64,000 nucleotides of DNA, from NCBI GenBank assembly GCA_050309605.1, contig JBNRMN010000033.1, positions 1 through 64,000 on the forward strand, read 5' to 3'. The notes beneath the pieces are model-generated. The model made no database searches and had not been told where the DNA came from. It saw only the letters and a list, made by a program, of their open reading frames with translations. This document shows, piece after piece, positions 1 through 11,021 of this stretch. The translations under genes were made by a program, and so were the position numbers. Source of the DNA: Anaerohalosphaeraceae bacterium. Lineage in GTDB: Bacteria; Planctomycetota; Phycisphaerae; Sedimentisphaerales; Anaerohalosphaeraceae. Numbering within the stretch: the first letter of the stretch is position 1; each line of letters opens with the position of its first letter.

Positions 1-197
1 ATTGTTCCGTGCGTTGTTTCATTACACGAAACAATACTCAAAATACAGGATGGCGCAAGTCTAAAATATGAATTTTTCAAAGAATTTTTAAAATTTTTGC
101 TTCAAACGGCTAAAATCTTACAAATATGTCAACAGTGAGATCAGGCGTACTGGTCTTGTGTCGTGCTTCGATACGTTTACTTTTAAGGAGAACAGAA

Positions 198-2357
198 ATG
201 AAAAGACTATCGTTAGTACTGATGTGTTTGTGTCTGGTGTCACCGCTGCGGGCTGAAAATTTGCTGGTCAATCCCGGATTTGAGACGGGAACAACAGAAG
301 GTTGGGGGGGGCGCTTCGGGATCGGGTCTGTCGAGATCATAACCAGCAATCCGTCGCCTCGAAGCGGTAATTACTGTATACGCAACTACAACAGACAGGA
401 GACCTGGCATGGCATCTGGCATTCGGAAAACCTGGTGGGCAAATTGACTCCGGGTGTGGATTATCCGGCCTCCGTCTGGGTCAGAACCAGCACCAATGAA
501 AAAGTAACGGTTGCATTGACGATGCAGGAAGACGGCGATTTCGATACAAGGTATCGTCAGGTTGGCACCGTTCAGGCAGACAATCTTCAGTGGTATTTAA
601 TTGAAGGGACCTACAACCCTAACGCGGATCCCACGACGATAACATTTTACGTTGAAGCGCCGGGGTCGGCGACATGCGACATTTTTTTAGACGACGCCTC
701 GTTGGGTCAGGACGATGAAGTGCTCGGTCTGCCTTATGATCCTCAGGTAAGTCCTGAGAATGTTGACCAGACGGTTGGAACTCCGGTTGAGATTAGCCCC
801 GGGGTGTACTCAATTGATGATATTGTGCTGAGCTTCAAAGCCGGGCGCGATCTCGATGAGGTGTATGAGGTTAATCCCGGAATTGACCACCACAATGTCT
901 ATCTCCAGTACGGCCTTCCGAGCGATGCGAATATGATTTGGGTGGATTATTCTCTTCCCCAGATCTCCCTGGAAGACCCCATCCAGTCTTTTGCTCTGGC
1001 TGATGTGGTACCTCCCATCAAACTCCAACAGGGTACGACGTATCAGTGGCAGGTCGAAATGGTGATGAAGGACCCGAATGGCCTTCCGTACCCCGCGAAC
1101 AGTCCCGAAAACATTTGGGGGGCTGTCTGGTCGTTTACAACCGCAAACGCGGTTCCCAAAATTACCGCCATTTCGGATCATATGCTGCTGGTTGACGGGA
1201 ATGCCTCATTTACCGTCACAGCCACGAATATTGCAAACAACTACCGCTGGTTTAAGGTCGTCGGCAATCAGGATACACCTGAAAACGGCGAGACCGACGA
1301 CATTATGCTGACGGATGACGGCATCTATTCCGGAACGACGACAAAGACGCTGGTCATCACCGGTGCCGCGGCGGATGGTTCTGATGATGCCCGGATTTAT
1401 GCGAAGGCCTACAATGGGGTTCCGGATGCGCCCGAATCGCAGGTGTCGGCGCCTTCAGCGGCACGCTGGTTCTGGGCCCCGCGTTTAATGAACTTCTATG
1501 CCTTTGAGACGGTCTATGAGGATGACGGCGTCAACGTGACTCCGGATGCGATCAGCGGCTATGATATGAGGCTGCTGAGCAATGATACCGGCGACGATGT
1601 GCCGACTCTGGTTGCAGAGATCCCGCCGGCTTCGGGGATAGCAGGCAATACGTCTTCATTGAAGTTTGATAATCCGCGCACCACGCCGGCGGATCCGAAC
1701 ACGAACGATGCTCAATATGCCGCCGTGGAGCAGGGATGGGCCGGGGCGTATAAGGACATTACCGTTTCCGTATGGGTTTACAACAGCGGCGGTTCCAACT
1801 GGAACAGAATCCTTGACTACGGTAACGACACGAACAACTATATGATGCTCTGTGTCAATCCCGGCAGTGTCAATAACGCCGTGCGGTTTGCGGTCAAGGT
1901 CGGCGGGAACGAGCAAACCGTTACGACGGCTGCCGAAGCGCTTCCAGTGGATCAGTGGACCCATGTCGCTGCAACCCTGACCGGCACCACGGCTCGTATC
2001 TATATCAACGGCGAATTGTCTGCCACGAACCCGTCTATGACCAATGATCCTGTTGCCTATGGCCCGTCCGTGAACAATTGGATCGGGCGCAGCCAATGGG
2101 GAGCCGGCGACGGATACTTCAACGGCAAGATCGATCAACTGAAGATTTACAACTACGCTCGTTCGACCGTTGAGATCGGACAGGATTACCTTGCCGACTC
2201 ATTGAAAGAATGGGTCTGCAACTGGCAGATCTATGATATGGGCGACTATGACGTCAACGGCAACTGCGTGATCGATTTGGAAGACTTTGCAGCTTTCGCG
2301 GCAAGATGGCTGGAAGATGACCGTATCTATCCGGCTCATTTAATTCTCATCAAGTAG
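198..2357 (+). CDS. Secreted modular protein: CBM4/9-like carbohydrate-binding domain, Ig-like domain, LamG-like jellyroll, C-terminal dockerin-like motif
   Basis: AAGGAG RBS before ATG 198 (MKRLSLVL... signal peptide); ENLLVNPGFE CBM start; WTHVAAT..IYING..FNGKIDQLKIYNYA LamG; DVNGNCVIDLEDFAAFAARWL tail. Confidence 0.8.
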   Translation: MKRLSLVLMCLCLVSPLRAENLLVNPGFETGTTEGWGGRFGIGSVEIITSNPSPRSGNYCIRNYNRQETWHGIWHSENLVGKLTPGVDYPASVWVRTSTNEKVTVALTMQEDGDFDTRYRQVGTVQADNLQWYLIEGTYNPNADPTTITFYVEAPGSATCDIFLDDASLGQDDEVLGLPYDPQVSPENVDQTVGTPVEISPGVYSIDDIVLSFKAGRDLDEVYEVNPGIDHHNVYLQYGLPSDANMIWVDYSLPQISLEDPIQSFALADVVPPIKLQQGTTYQWQVEMVMKDPNGLPYPANSPENIWGAVWSFTTANAVPKITAISDHMLLVDGNASFTVTATNIANNYRWFKVVGNQDTPENGETDDIMLTDDGIYSGTTTKTLVITGAAADGSDDARIYAKAYNGVPDAPESQVSAPSAARWFWAPRLMNFYAFETVYEDDGVNVTPDAISGYDMRLLSNDTGDDVPTLVAEIPPASGIAGNTSSLKFDNPRTTPADPNTNDAQYAAVEQGWAGAYKDITVSVWVYNSGGSNWNRILDYGNDTNNYMMLCVNPGSVNNAVRFAVKVGGNEQTVTTAAEALPVDQWTHVAATLTGTTARIYINGELSATNPSMTNDPVAYGPSVNNWIGRSQWGAGDGYFNGKIDQLKIYNYARSTVEIGQDYLADSLKEWVCNWQIYDMGDYDVNGNCVIDLEDFAAFAARWLEDDRIYPAHLILIK

Positions 2358-2374
2358 GCGGTCCAAGTAAAAAG

Positions 2375-2409
2375 TGGATTCCGGGCGCCCTGGGGGTGTC
2401 CGGAATCCA
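2375..2409. terminator. Intrinsic terminator hairpin between convergent genes
   Basis: tggattccgggcgccc-tgg-gggtgtccggaatcca 16-bp stem with G-U pairs, preceded by an A-run (U-tract on the minus strand). Confidence 0.6.
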
Positions 2410-2507
2410 TGAAATTTTCACGCGGTAAAAGGCACAAGTCAGAATGGCCGTCATCGGTCGCGGCTTATAATAGAATCGGCGACAGCCGTCCTTACGTTTT
2501 CCTTTTT

Positions 2508-3527
2508 TTACAGGTCGCGATCTACGGCCTGAGCGATGCGTTTGAGCCGCCCCATCAAGTCGGCAAAGGTTTGCGGTGTGATGGACTGGGCGCCGTCGGA
2601 GGCGGCGCGTTCCGGATTGGGGTGGCATTCAAGGATGACTCCGTCGGCCCCGGCGGCCACCGCCGCCAGCGACATCGCCGGAACCATCTGGGCATGGCCG
2701 GTGCCGTGCGACGGATCAATCACGATGGGCAAATGCGTCCGTTCACGCAGCGCGGGGATGATCGCCAGCGGAAGTGTGTTGCGGACATACGTTTCAAAGG
2801 TGCGGATGCCGCGTTCGCACAAGATCACATTCGGGTTGCCGGCGTTGATGATGTATTCGGCCGCCAGCAGAAACTCATCCAGCGACGCACTCATCCCGCG
2901 CTTGAGCAGAACGGGTGTGGTGACCTTGCCGACCGCCTCAAGCAGCGGATAATGCTGCATATTTCGCGCCCCGATCTGCAACACGTCGGCATAGTCGGCA
3001 CACAGTTTGACCTGCTCGGTGCCGATGACCTCGGTGACAATGGCCAGGCCGGTTTTGTCGCGCGCCTCGGCCAGCAGTTCCAATCCCTCGCGTCCCATTC
3101 CCTGAAAGGCATAGGGACTGGTGCGCGGCTTGAAGGCCCCGCCCCGCAGACCGATGCCGCCGGCGGCCTTGACGACCAGCGCGGTTTCCAATAACTGCTC
3201 TCGGCTTTCGACCGCACATGGCCCGGCGATCACGCCGACTTTCACATCGCCCATGCGAAATCCCTCAGGACCGATCGCGATCGTCGTCTTTTCGCGCTTG
3301 ACCTCCAGCGACGCCATCTTGTACGGCGCCAAAATCGGCACGATTTTCTCGACCATCGGGGCGTTTTCAATCGCATCCTTCTCGACCATCCGCTTGTCGC
3401 CCAGACACGCAATCACCGTGCGGTCCGTGCCGTAAATCACATGGTCTTTCAGCCCGAATTCATGCACCAGGTCCACCACATGCTGAATCTGTTCCGGCGC
3501 GGCGCCGGGTTTCATCACAACAATCAT
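2508..3527 (-). CDS. aroF: DAHP synthase, class I-beta with N-terminal ACT-like regulatory domain
   Basis: [47 protein letters not shown] motifs; GAGGTGAG RBS. Confidence 0.95.
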   Translation of the reverse strand: MIVVMKPGAAPEQIQHVVDLVHEFGLKDHVIYGTDRTVIACLGDKRMVEKDAIENAPMVEKIVPILAPYKMASLEVKREKTTIAIGPEGFRMGDVKVGVIAGPCAVESREQLLETALVVKAAGGIGLRGGAFKPRTSPYAFQGMGREGLELLAEARDKTGLAIVTEVIGTEQVKLCADYADVLQIGARNMQHYPLLEAVGKVTTPVLLKRGMSASLDEFLLAAEYIINAGNPNVILCERGIRTFETYVRNTLPLAIIPALRERTHLPIVIDPSHGTGHAQMVPAMSLAAVAAGADGVILECHPNPERAASDGAQSITPQTFADLMGRLKRIAQAVDRDL

Positions 3528-3577
3528 TGCTCACCTCGCTGAGGTTGACAGAAATTCGAATTTTCAGAGAACACAAA

Positions 3578-4627
3578 TTAAGAAACTAAGCTTTTAAGGT
3601 CATCGATAAAAGAACTCATCGGGCGAACATATTCTTTCATGCCGGGATGATTACCGGCCTTTTTGAGTTTGGGGCTGTCATCCGGAAGGTACAGTACCGC
3701 CCGATGGCTTCCAATTTCGGTAAGTTTTTCGTCGGATAAGTCTTTATCGTAGGTCAATACATGCCACAAGGCTTGAATTTTATGGCGATTCAGAAGATTA
3801 AGATCAGTTGTATAGGCCTGCTTCCATCGCTCCCGTAATGTTCGTTTGCATGAAATACCGATATACCAGCCTTCTTTCGTCCGCACCCAACGATCGATTT
3901 CAAGTCCGGTGGTAAAGTGTTCGGGCGCCTGAGATGCCTTAATGCCAAAATGTCTAAAGATTAAACTGGTGGCGCCTTCAACGCCCCGACCGGCACGCCC
4001 TTTTCTTTTTTGGCCTACTCGTCTCTCAAACTCTTGGCAAAAAGCCGTAAGTACACTGTCTAAATCAGCGCCGGACATCTCATTTTCTATGTTTTTTCGC
4101 AATTCGCCGAATGAAGCCACCAATTGTTTGCGCTCACATTCCAAACTTCCGTGCAGCCCTTTGTCATCCAGAATATTGATAATATTTGCCAATCCTTTGG
4201 CTCCTTCTTTTTTCAACAAAGTGTTGGCGTAGGTCTCAACAAATTCAGAGTCATTTGAGGGAATGTTGCCGAGACAAAAATTGATCGGAACAAGTACTTT
4301 TTCGCAGGTTAGACATAATATCTTGAAATCAGCAAGTGTAATCAGGTCATCCTGAAGATCCATATATAACTTTTCTAAAGAATGATATATAGAAGTTCCC
4401 GGTTTTCTGCCCTCTAACAGTATATTCTTCAGCTTTTGGTTTAGAAATTCTATCACAACATGTTCATCTTCATTGCTTTGTTCAATCGCCGTTTTGATTG
4501 CACTTGCCAAAGCATTCATTCGACGACTGTCGCCGCCGATACCTCCATATTGATCGCTGTTAATTAACATTCGCGCAAACCAATAGACTTTTTCCCAAGG
4601 ACTTGAAATTCCGTAGTTGGTCTCCAT
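3578..4627 (-). CDS. Type II restriction endonuclease (EcoRII-C/SsoII/PspGI-like fold)
   Basis: RKGRAGRGVE...EID...ISCKRTLRERWKQ motif; AT-rich; directly downstream of a DNA methyltransferase. Confidence 0.75.
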   Translation of the reverse strand: METNYGISSPWEKVYWFARMLINSDQYGGIGGDSRRMNALASAIKTAIEQSNEDEHVVIEFLNQKLKNILLEGRKPGTSIYHSLEKLYMDLQDDLITLADFKILCLTCEKVLVPINFCLGNIPSNDSEFVETYANTLLKKEGAKGLANIINILDDKGLHGSLECERKQLVASFGELRKNIENEMSGADLDSVLTAFCQEFERRVGQKRKGRAGRGVEGATSLIFRHFGIKASQAPEHFTTGLEIDRWVRTKEGWYIGISCKRTLRERWKQAYTTDLNLLNRHKIQALWHVLTYDKDLSDEKLTEIGSHRAVLYLPDDSPKLKKAGNHPGMKEYVRPMSSFIDDLKSLVS

Positions 4628-4641
4628 CTGCTTTTTTCCTT

Positions 4642-5535
4642 TTACGCCTTAATAAAATGCAGAATATACTCAAAAGTCGTTCCCATTGTAATGTAATTTG
4701 ACGGCCAACCGAATATGCCGACTTTATTTACGATGTTTGTCCTGTCCCAAATGATGGTATTGCGAAACTCATACCCGATTTCTGTGAGCGATTTGATGAT
4801 TTCCAAATGGATCGGTATTCGTTTGTTTTCCCACCACATATCGGCAACATTGATAATACAATGGCCTTCCGGCTTGAGCAACGGCAGCAAATCTTTGAAA
4901 ATTGTTGTAAATTCCGAAATAAACTCATCAAGCGAAAGTATTCCCAAGTCATTCGGATTTTGACTGTATTGTTCGATTTGATTGTATTGTCCGTTCTGAC
5001 GATCTTGTCCTCTTCGGCTTTTGTTTTTCCGTTTTCGATTTAGAAGATTGGCATAGGGAGGAGAAGTCAAAATGAGCTTGATCGTTTCATTTTCCAGGTA
5101 TTGATTGATATAGCGTGCGTCATCACATAGTGCAATCTGTTGATTTGAATTAAAAACGTTGTTCTGACTGAGCCGTTTTTTGGACAGTTCGATATAATTT
5201 TCGTTGAGATCAAATCCCACTGCATTTCGATTGCAGTCTTGTGCTGCGACCAAAGTTGTGCCGCTGCCGACAAAAGGATCCGAGACCAATTCACCCGTAT
5301 GTGTAAATAATTCGATACACCGTTTTGCAAGAGCAATAGGAAAAGCGGCAGGATGTTTTTTCTTGTCTCTTATATCTCTGCCTTCGTAAAAAAACTGCCA
5401 CACACCAATTTGGTTTTTTATCCACTCTTTAGCGGTCAGGCAATTTAACTTTTTTTCCGGACATTCGCATTGTCTTGAATGTGAAATAGACAATGATGAC
5501 CGCGATGTATTGGATTTTAATTTTGCAAGTCCCAT
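4642..5535 (-). CDS. DNA methyltransferase (probably N4-cytosine)
   Basis: HPAAFP, DPFVGSGTT (motif I), LILTSPPY (motif IV); AGGAG RBS; AT-rich. Confidence 0.9.
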   Translation of the reverse strand: MGLAKLKSNTSRSSLSISHSRQCECPEKKLNCLTAKEWIKNQIGVWQFFYEGRDIRDKKKHPAAFPIALAKRCIELFTHTGELVSDPFVGSGTTLVAAQDCNRNAVGFDLNENYIELSKKRLSQNNVFNSNQQIALCDDARYINQYLENETIKLILTSPPYANLLNRKRKNKSRRGQDRQNGQYNQIEQYSQNPNDLGILSLDEFISEFTTIFKDLLPLLKPEGHCIINVADMWWENKRIPIHLEIIKSLTEIGYEFRNTIIWDRTNIVNKVGIFGWPSNYITMGTTFEYILHFIKA

Positions 5536-5697
5536 TAAAGATTTCTCCTGTACTTTTTTTGGGGTTGATTATGTTTGACTTTTGGTTACATTATTATTGT
5601 TTTGAAGTTTATTTCCACTATTTTATTTCATTTTTGGATATTTGTCGGAGTCAGGTAACTCAAAATTTCATCTTGTGTTTAATAATGGAGTCGCATC

Positions 5698-6351
5698 GTG
5701 AAAATAGTCGTCTTGGCGGACATTCACGGAAAGATCGGGGCCGTAGAGCGGCTTGATGAACCGCTTTCCCAGGCGGATGTGGTACTGGTAGCCGGGGACA
5801 TCACTAACTTCGGCGACGCCGAACAGGCCGCCGGCGTCATTGACCGTATTCGCCGCCATGCCGGTCGGGTGTTGGCGGTGGCGGGCAATTGCGACCCGCC
5901 GGCGGTGGAGGCGTGGCTGACCCAAACGGGCATCAATCTGCACGGGCAGGCCGTCAACGTCGATTCATGGTGGTTCGTCGGCGCCGCCGGCGCGCTGTCC
6001 AACTATGGCTCATTGCCGAACGAAACGGGCGAACTGCTGTTTACCGAGGCGCTGGATCGCGCCTCGATGCAATGCGGTTCGACAGGTCGGCTCGTCCTTG
6101 TCACGCATCAGCCGGCCTGGAATACGGCCCTGGATGCGGTCGCTCCGGGGCACTGCGCCGGCAATCGGGCCATTCGAGCGTTCATCGACCGCGTCCAGCC
6201 CCGGCTTGCCGTCAGCGGTCATATCCATGAACTGATCGGAACCGACCGGCTCGGCCCGACCACTCTGGTCAATCCCGGCCCGGCCAAACAGGGCCGCTGG
6301 GCGGTCATTGACTTGAACGAAGACCACGTTGATGTTCGGCTGTATCCCTGA
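5698..6351 (+). CDS. Calcineurin-like metallophosphoesterase
   Basis: DIHG, AGD, GNCD, THQP, GHIHE motifs; GTG start with GGAG RBS. Confidence 0.9.
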   Translation: MKIVVLADIHGKIGAVERLDEPLSQADVVLVAGDITNFGDAEQAAGVIDRIRRHAGRVLAVAGNCDPPAVEAWLTQTGINLHGQAVNVDSWWFVGAAGALSNYGSLPNETGELLFTEALDRASMQCGSTGRLVLVTHQPAWNTALDAVAPGHCAGNRAIRAFIDRVQPRLAVSGHIHELIGTDRLGPTTLVNPGPAKQGRWAVIDLNEDHVDVRLYP

Positions 6352-6384
6352 AAGTTGTCCAGCGTGCGAACAGACGCCGATGCT

Positions 6385-7533
6385 TCAGATGTTCAGATAA
6401 TACAGGATCACCGAAAAGACGCCTTCGAGCGCCACCAGCAAAACGATGGACGTGACCACCGCCCGGGTGGTGGCGATGCCCACGGCGCCGGGGCCGCTTT
6501 CAGCCTGTAAGCCGCGAAGACAGCCTACCGCCCCGATCATTCCGCCGAAAACCACCGATTTGACCAATCCGACGGCAATGTCGGTACCGACTAAAATAGT
6601 CTGCACATGGGTCGTATAGGTAATCAGCGGATAGCCCAGCGACAAAATCACCAGCCCCGAACCGATCAGGCCCAGTACATTGGTTGCCACCGCCAGCAGC
6701 GGCGTCATCAGCAGCGTTGCGGCCACCCGCGGAAGCACCAAAAACACCGTCGGCTCCAGATTCATCACTTCCAGGGCGTCCAGCTCATTGTTGATTTTCA
6801 TCGTGCCGATCTCAGCGGCATAGGCCGAGCCGGTGCGTCCGGCCACGATAATCGCTGTAATAAACGGCCCCAGTACGCGGACCAGCGCAATCGCCACCAA
6901 ATCAGACACATACACTTCCACACCAAATTGCCGCAGCGGCATCGCCGAACTGAATGCCATAATCAGTCCGAACAAAAATCCCAGCAAGGCCGTGATGCCG
7001 ATGGCGTCGGCCCCGGCCAACTCGCACATCCGAAAAAAATCCCGCACACGAAATCGACCGGGGTGACATGCGATTTTGAGGATCGACAGGGCCAATTGAC
7101 CCAAAAAAGCGATTTGCGTATAGACATCGCCGATAAGGTCATCCGTCAGTTTTCCGATGCGTTCGATCAGATTCAGCGCAACCGGCGGGGTCGGCATGTC
7201 GGCGTCATCCTGCTGCATATACCGTTGCAGCAGCCGTTCCAACGGCTCGGCCAGATGCTCGATTTCAACCGAAACGCCGTGCGTCTGACTGTAATGCTTA
7301 AAGTAGGACAGCAGCGCAATGCCGCTGCCGTCGGCATACTCCAGTGCGGAGGCATCAATGCGGATGGGCTTGCGTAAGCGCCGCGACAGCAGCCGCAGCG
7401 TCTTGCGCCAGGCCGGCCTGGCGCTGTGTCGGTCAAGCCGCCCGCTCAGACGGACTTGAATGTCCTGTGTGCCGCGAACGATCTGCACCGACGCGGCCGA
7501 ACGGTTATTTTTTGTAGGCTTGGCTGGGGTCAT
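6385..7533 (-). CDS. mlaE: MlaE-family ABC transporter permease with N-terminal STAS domain
   Basis: [12 protein letters not shown]-like segment; [33 protein letters not shown]; start uncertain. Confidence 0.85.
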   Translation of the reverse strand: MTPAKPTKNNRSAASVQIVRGTQDIQVRLSGRLDRHSARPAWRKTLRLLSRRLRKPIRIDASALEYADGSGIALLSYFKHYSQTHGVSVEIEHLAEPLERLLQRYMQQDDADMPTPPVALNLIERIGKLTDDLIGDVYTQIAFLGQLALSILKIACHPGRFRVRDFFRMCELAGADAIGITALLGFLFGLIMAFSSAMPLRQFGVEVYVSDLVAIALVRVLGPFITAIIVAGRTGSAYAAEIGTMKINNELDALEVMNLEPTVFLVLPRVAATLLMTPLLAVATNVLGLIGSGLVILSLGYPLITYTTHVQTILVGTDIAVGLVKSVVFGGMIGAVGCLRGLQAESGPGAVGIATTRAVVTSIVLLVALEGVFSVILYYLNI

Positions 7534-7918
7534 AGACCTTCTCAGCGATCCGCTCAAGGTCTTTGGATGTGCCGGGTTTGACCGCCCGATAGAAGCACGA
7601 CTGATACCCGACGTGGCATTGGCCCTCGTCCACGGCCACCTTCAAAACCAGGCAATCCTGGTCGCAATCCACAAGAACCTGTTTGACCTTCTGAACATGG
7701 CCGGACTGTTCGCCTTTTTTCCATAGTTTCCGGCGCGACCGGCTGTAAAAGACCGCATTGCCGGTCTCAAGCGTCAGCCGCAGGGCTTCTTCGTTCATAT
7801 AGGCCACCATCAGGATCTGGCCGGAATAGGCATCCTGTGAAATCGCCGTAATCAAACCGTTACTGTCAAATTTGGGCAGAAATTCCAAACCCTCTTCAAT
7901 ATGTGCATGTGCGGCCAC
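7505..7918 (-). CDS. hisI: Phosphoribosyl-AMP cyclohydrolase
   Basis: [42 protein letters not shown] start after AGGAG. Confidence 0.93.
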   Translation of the reverse strand: MAAHAHIEEGLEFLPKFDSNGLITAISQDAYSGQILMVAYMNEEALRLTLETGNAVFYSRSRRKLWKKGEQSGHVQKVKQVLVDCDQDCLVLKVAVDEGQCHVGYQSCFYRAVKPGTSKDLERIAEKVYDPSQAYKK

Positions 7919-8043
7919 GATGCGAACTCCTGTTAACCAATGGATTTCAGAATACTTTGCAAAAATAAAAACGTCCGTCTTGAACTGCTTCTTTTTACAC
8001 GCTATGCTCTTGCAAAACAAGTGTTTAATGAGAAAAGGTCGCC

Positions 8044-9060
8044 GTGAAGCACAACAAACACCAAGCCGGTTGGAAAAAATGGTCTCTGCCTATGCGCATC
8101 GTCATTGCGCTCGGGGCCTGCTGGCTGGTGGCCAAAGATCTGAAATGGGCCGAGCTGAAAGCGGCGTTTGCCGATCTTCAGCTTTGGGTATTGTTGGTCG
8201 GGACACTCGTTTATGCCTTCAGTCAGGGCCTTGTGGGCTTTCGCTGGTGGCTGTTTTTGCGTGCGCAGCGGATCGTCGTTTCGCCGGTGCTGGCCGTCAA
8301 ACTCAATTTTCTGGGGCTTTTTTTCAGTAATTTTCTGCCCAGCTCGGTCGGCGGCGACCTCGTGCGGGCCTGGTACGTATCGCGGCACAGCCGTCGGAAG
8401 CTGCAAGCTGCCTTTGGCGTGCTGGTGGATCGCGTGATGGGATTGATTTCGACACTCATTGTCGCGTTTACGGCATGGCTGCTGTTTATGCGTCACGAGC
8501 ACCTGCTGCGAATTCGCCGCGTGGAGGGTATCGCCGATCGCTTAAGAGAGATTTCCGCTGCGCATTGGATCATTGGCGTCGTCATCGGCCTCGGCTTGCT
8601 GCTGGTACTGTACGCTCCCCTGCGATCCGTCTTTGATCGCGTGTACAGACACCTCGTGGATATGGTTCATCAGCTTCGCGAGGTCGTGGCGGTGTATTAT
8701 CGCCGTCCGTTTGTGCTGATTGGGGCCGTCGGGCTGACGATTTTTCTACAAAGTCTGGTCATCGCGGCCTATTGGCTGATCGGGCTGGATTTGAACATCG
8801 ATACGCCGCTGAGTTATTATTTTGTGTTTTTCCCGCTGGTCTGGGTGGTCGGTTCTATTCCCGTCAGCATCGCCGGCATCGGCATCCTTGAAGGGGGATT
8901 GGTGTTTTTGTTTGTTCGATATGGCGGGGCAAGCCCCGAAGCGGCTGCGGCGTTGGCCCTGTGCCAGCGGCTGACCTGGCTGGGCGCCTCGCTGCCGGGA
9001 TTGTATGTCCATCTGACCGGCGCCCATCGCCGCGCCGCAGGCGAACCGCTCAAACACTGA
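8044..9060 (+). CDS. Lysylphosphatidylglycerol-synthase transmembrane (flippase-like) protein
   Basis: [38 protein letters not shown] motifs; multi-TM. Confidence 0.85.
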   Translation: MKHNKHQAGWKKWSLPMRIVIALGACWLVAKDLKWAELKAAFADLQLWVLLVGTLVYAFSQGLVGFRWWLFLRAQRIVVSPVLAVKLNFLGLFFSNFLPSSVGGDLVRAWYVSRHSRRKLQAAFGVLVDRVMGLISTLIVAFTAWLLFMRHEHLLRIRRVEGIADRLREISAAHWIIGVVIGLGLLLVLYAPLRSVFDRVYRHLVDMVHQLREVVAVYYRRPFVLIGAVGLTIFLQSLVIAAYWLIGLDLNIDTPLSYYFVFFPLVWVVGSIPVSIAGIGILEGGLVFLFVRYGGASPEAAAALALCQRLTWLGASLPGLYVHLTGAHRRAAGEPLKH

Positions 9061-9134
9061 AAAAGATTGCCTGACGAGGCCGTATCGGATAGACTGCCCC
9101 ACATTGAAAACAGCATTACCCCGTATAGGTACAA

Positions 9135-9899
9135 ATGACGGAAAGACGACACAACGAAGAAGACGAACTGGTCAGTATGAGCCTGGGCGACCATTTGGAG
9201 GAATTGCGCTCACGGCTGATTTTGGGCTTGACCGGCCTGGTCGTGGCCTTTCTTGGTTCGCTGGCGGTCGGCAAGTGGTTTCTGGCCATTGTGCTGTCGC
9301 CTTATCAATCTGCGATGAAGGAGATGGGCATCGACGTCAAGCTTCAGGCGATTGAAGTGACCGAGCCGTTTTTGGTCTATCTGAAGGCCTCGCTGGTGTT
9401 GGCGGCGCTGGTCAGCTCACCGTGGCTGTTTTATCAGGCCTGGGCGTTTGTCTCGGCGGGGTTGTACAAACACGAACGGCGGTTTGTTTATTCGGCCGCT
9501 CCGTTGAGTGCGATTCTCTTTATAACGGGGGTCTTGTTTTTTCTGCTGGGTATTGCGCCGATGGTCTTTAAGTTTTTCGCGCGATTCAATCTGGGCATCG
9601 AACATATTTACCAGCCGCAGATCACCAAGGCCGTGAACTTCGTTCTGCTGCTGTCACTGGTGTTCGGTGCGGCCTTCCAGACGCCGATTGCGATTGTCTT
9701 TGCCGAGCGAATGGGGCTGGTCTCGGTTCAGACGCTCTGTCGGATCAGAAAATATGTGTTTCTGGCCGCGTTTGTTCTGGCCGCCATAGCCACGCCCCCG
9801 GATGTTATCTCTCAGGTTTCTTTGGCCATCCCGCTATACATATTGTATGAAGGCAGTATCATCGTCTGCCGACTGTGGCGCAAACAAAGAAAGACCTAA
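9135..9899 (+). CDS. tatC: Twin-arginine translocase subunit TatC
   Basis: MSLGDHLEELRSRL, AGLYKHERR, FQTP, ATPPDVISQ, LYEGS. Confidence 0.95.
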   Translation: MTERRHNEEDELVSMSLGDHLEELRSRLILGLTGLVVAFLGSLAVGKWFLAIVLSPYQSAMKEMGIDVKLQAIEVTEPFLVYLKASLVLAALVSSPWLFYQAWAFVSAGLYKHERRFVYSAAPLSAILFITGVLFFLLGIAPMVFKFFARFNLGIEHIYQPQITKAVNFVLLLSLVFGAAFQTPIAIVFAERMGLVSVQTLCRIRKYVFLAAFVLAAIATPPDVISQVSLAIPLYILYEGSIIVCRLWRKQRKT

Positions 9900-9934
9900 G
9901 AGCGTACTCGTTTTAGAAGGGTCAGCGATGGGAA

Positions 9935-10195
9935 CTAATCCGTCGGCTCGCTTTTTTCGGAGGCGTTTTGGCGCTTGCTGTTGGCGTGCTCATCGGCGAT
10001 CTTATCGGACTCGTCAATGGCCTTATGGAGGTCATCTTCGGTGTCCTTGATGCCTTTTTTGAACTCGGTGATGCTCTTGCCCAGTCCGCGTGCAATTTCG
10101 GGCAGTCTGCGTCCAAAAATCAGCACTGCAATAATCAATATAACAATCAGCTCGGTCGGGCCGGGCGTCCACATGGCCAGTAGTGTGCTGCTCAT
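9935..10195 (-). CDS. tatA: Twin-arginine translocase TatA/TatE subunit
   Basis: GPTELIVILIIAVLIFGRRLPEIARGLGKSITEFKKG. Confidence 0.93.
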   Translation of the reverse strand: MSSTLLAMWTPGPTELIVILIIAVLIFGRRLPEIARGLGKSITEFKKGIKDTEDDLHKAIDESDKIADEHANSKRQNASEKSEPTD

Positions 10196-10384
10196 ATTGT
10201 CTTATATCCTTTCTGTATTTTCAGTTTAAGCTATTTTACGAAAAAGACCTTTCTCCGTCAAACACAAAAACGCCCCCCTTCTGGACAGGAAGTTTTTTCT
10301 ATTATCCAGCGAACAAAACCAGCGCAACCAGAGAATAAAAATTGTTATATGTGGACAACTGAGAACCTGAATTGGAGAACCGCT

Positions 10385-10918
10385 ATGAAAATTCGAGTTA
10401 AGATGCTGACAGCGTTGATTGCAGCGATAACCGTTACAGGCTGTCATGAAAAAGACAATCCCGCTCCGGAGAGTACAGAGACTTCCTCTTCTGCGCAGAA
10501 TCCGGCTGCAAGGCCGTCGTCGGCCTCCACAACGGAGTCTGTCTGGATGACCGACTTTGAGGCCGCCAAAGCCCGCGCCGCCGAGGAAGACAAGGATTTG
10601 CTGATGGATTTTTCCGGCTCGGACTGGTGTTATTGGTGCAAAAAGCTGGACGGTGAGGTCTTTTCCAAGCCGGGATTTGTCGAAGAGGCCGGCAAACAGT
10701 TTGTGTTTGTCAAGATTGATTTTCCGTCCGATAAATCCGGCCAATCCAGGCAATTGCAGGCTCAAAACCAGCGGCTTGCGACAATCTACGGCATTCAGGG
10801 CTACCCAACGGTCATTTTGGCCGATCCCGACGGCACGCCGTACGCCCGTACCGGCTACCAGGAAGGCGGCCCCGACGCCTATCTGGACCACCTTGAGCAA
10901 TTGCGCAGTCAGCGCTGA
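10385..10918 (+). CDS. Thioredoxin-family lipoprotein
   Basis: Lipobox VTGC; FSGSDWCYWCKKL; YGIQGYPT. Confidence 0.88.
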   Translation: MKIRVKMLTALIAAITVTGCHEKDNPAPESTETSSSAQNPAARPSSASTTESVWMTDFEAAKARAAEEDKDLLMDFSGSDWCYWCKKLDGEVFSKPGFVEEAGKQFVFVKIDFPSDKSGQSRQLQAQNQRLATIYGIQGYPTVILADPDGTPYARTGYQEGGPDAYLDHLEQLRSQR

Positions 10919-11021
10919 TTTCGACCGTCTGCGATCTGTTGAAAACAGTATCGTTTTCAGGTAGAATCGGTCGTACATTGATTGTGAAGATTTGGAAACT
11001 GATCTTGTGTGGGGTGCTCAA

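Noticed and set aside
2409..3194. 261-aa + strand ORF
   Set aside because: Antisense shadow of aroF.
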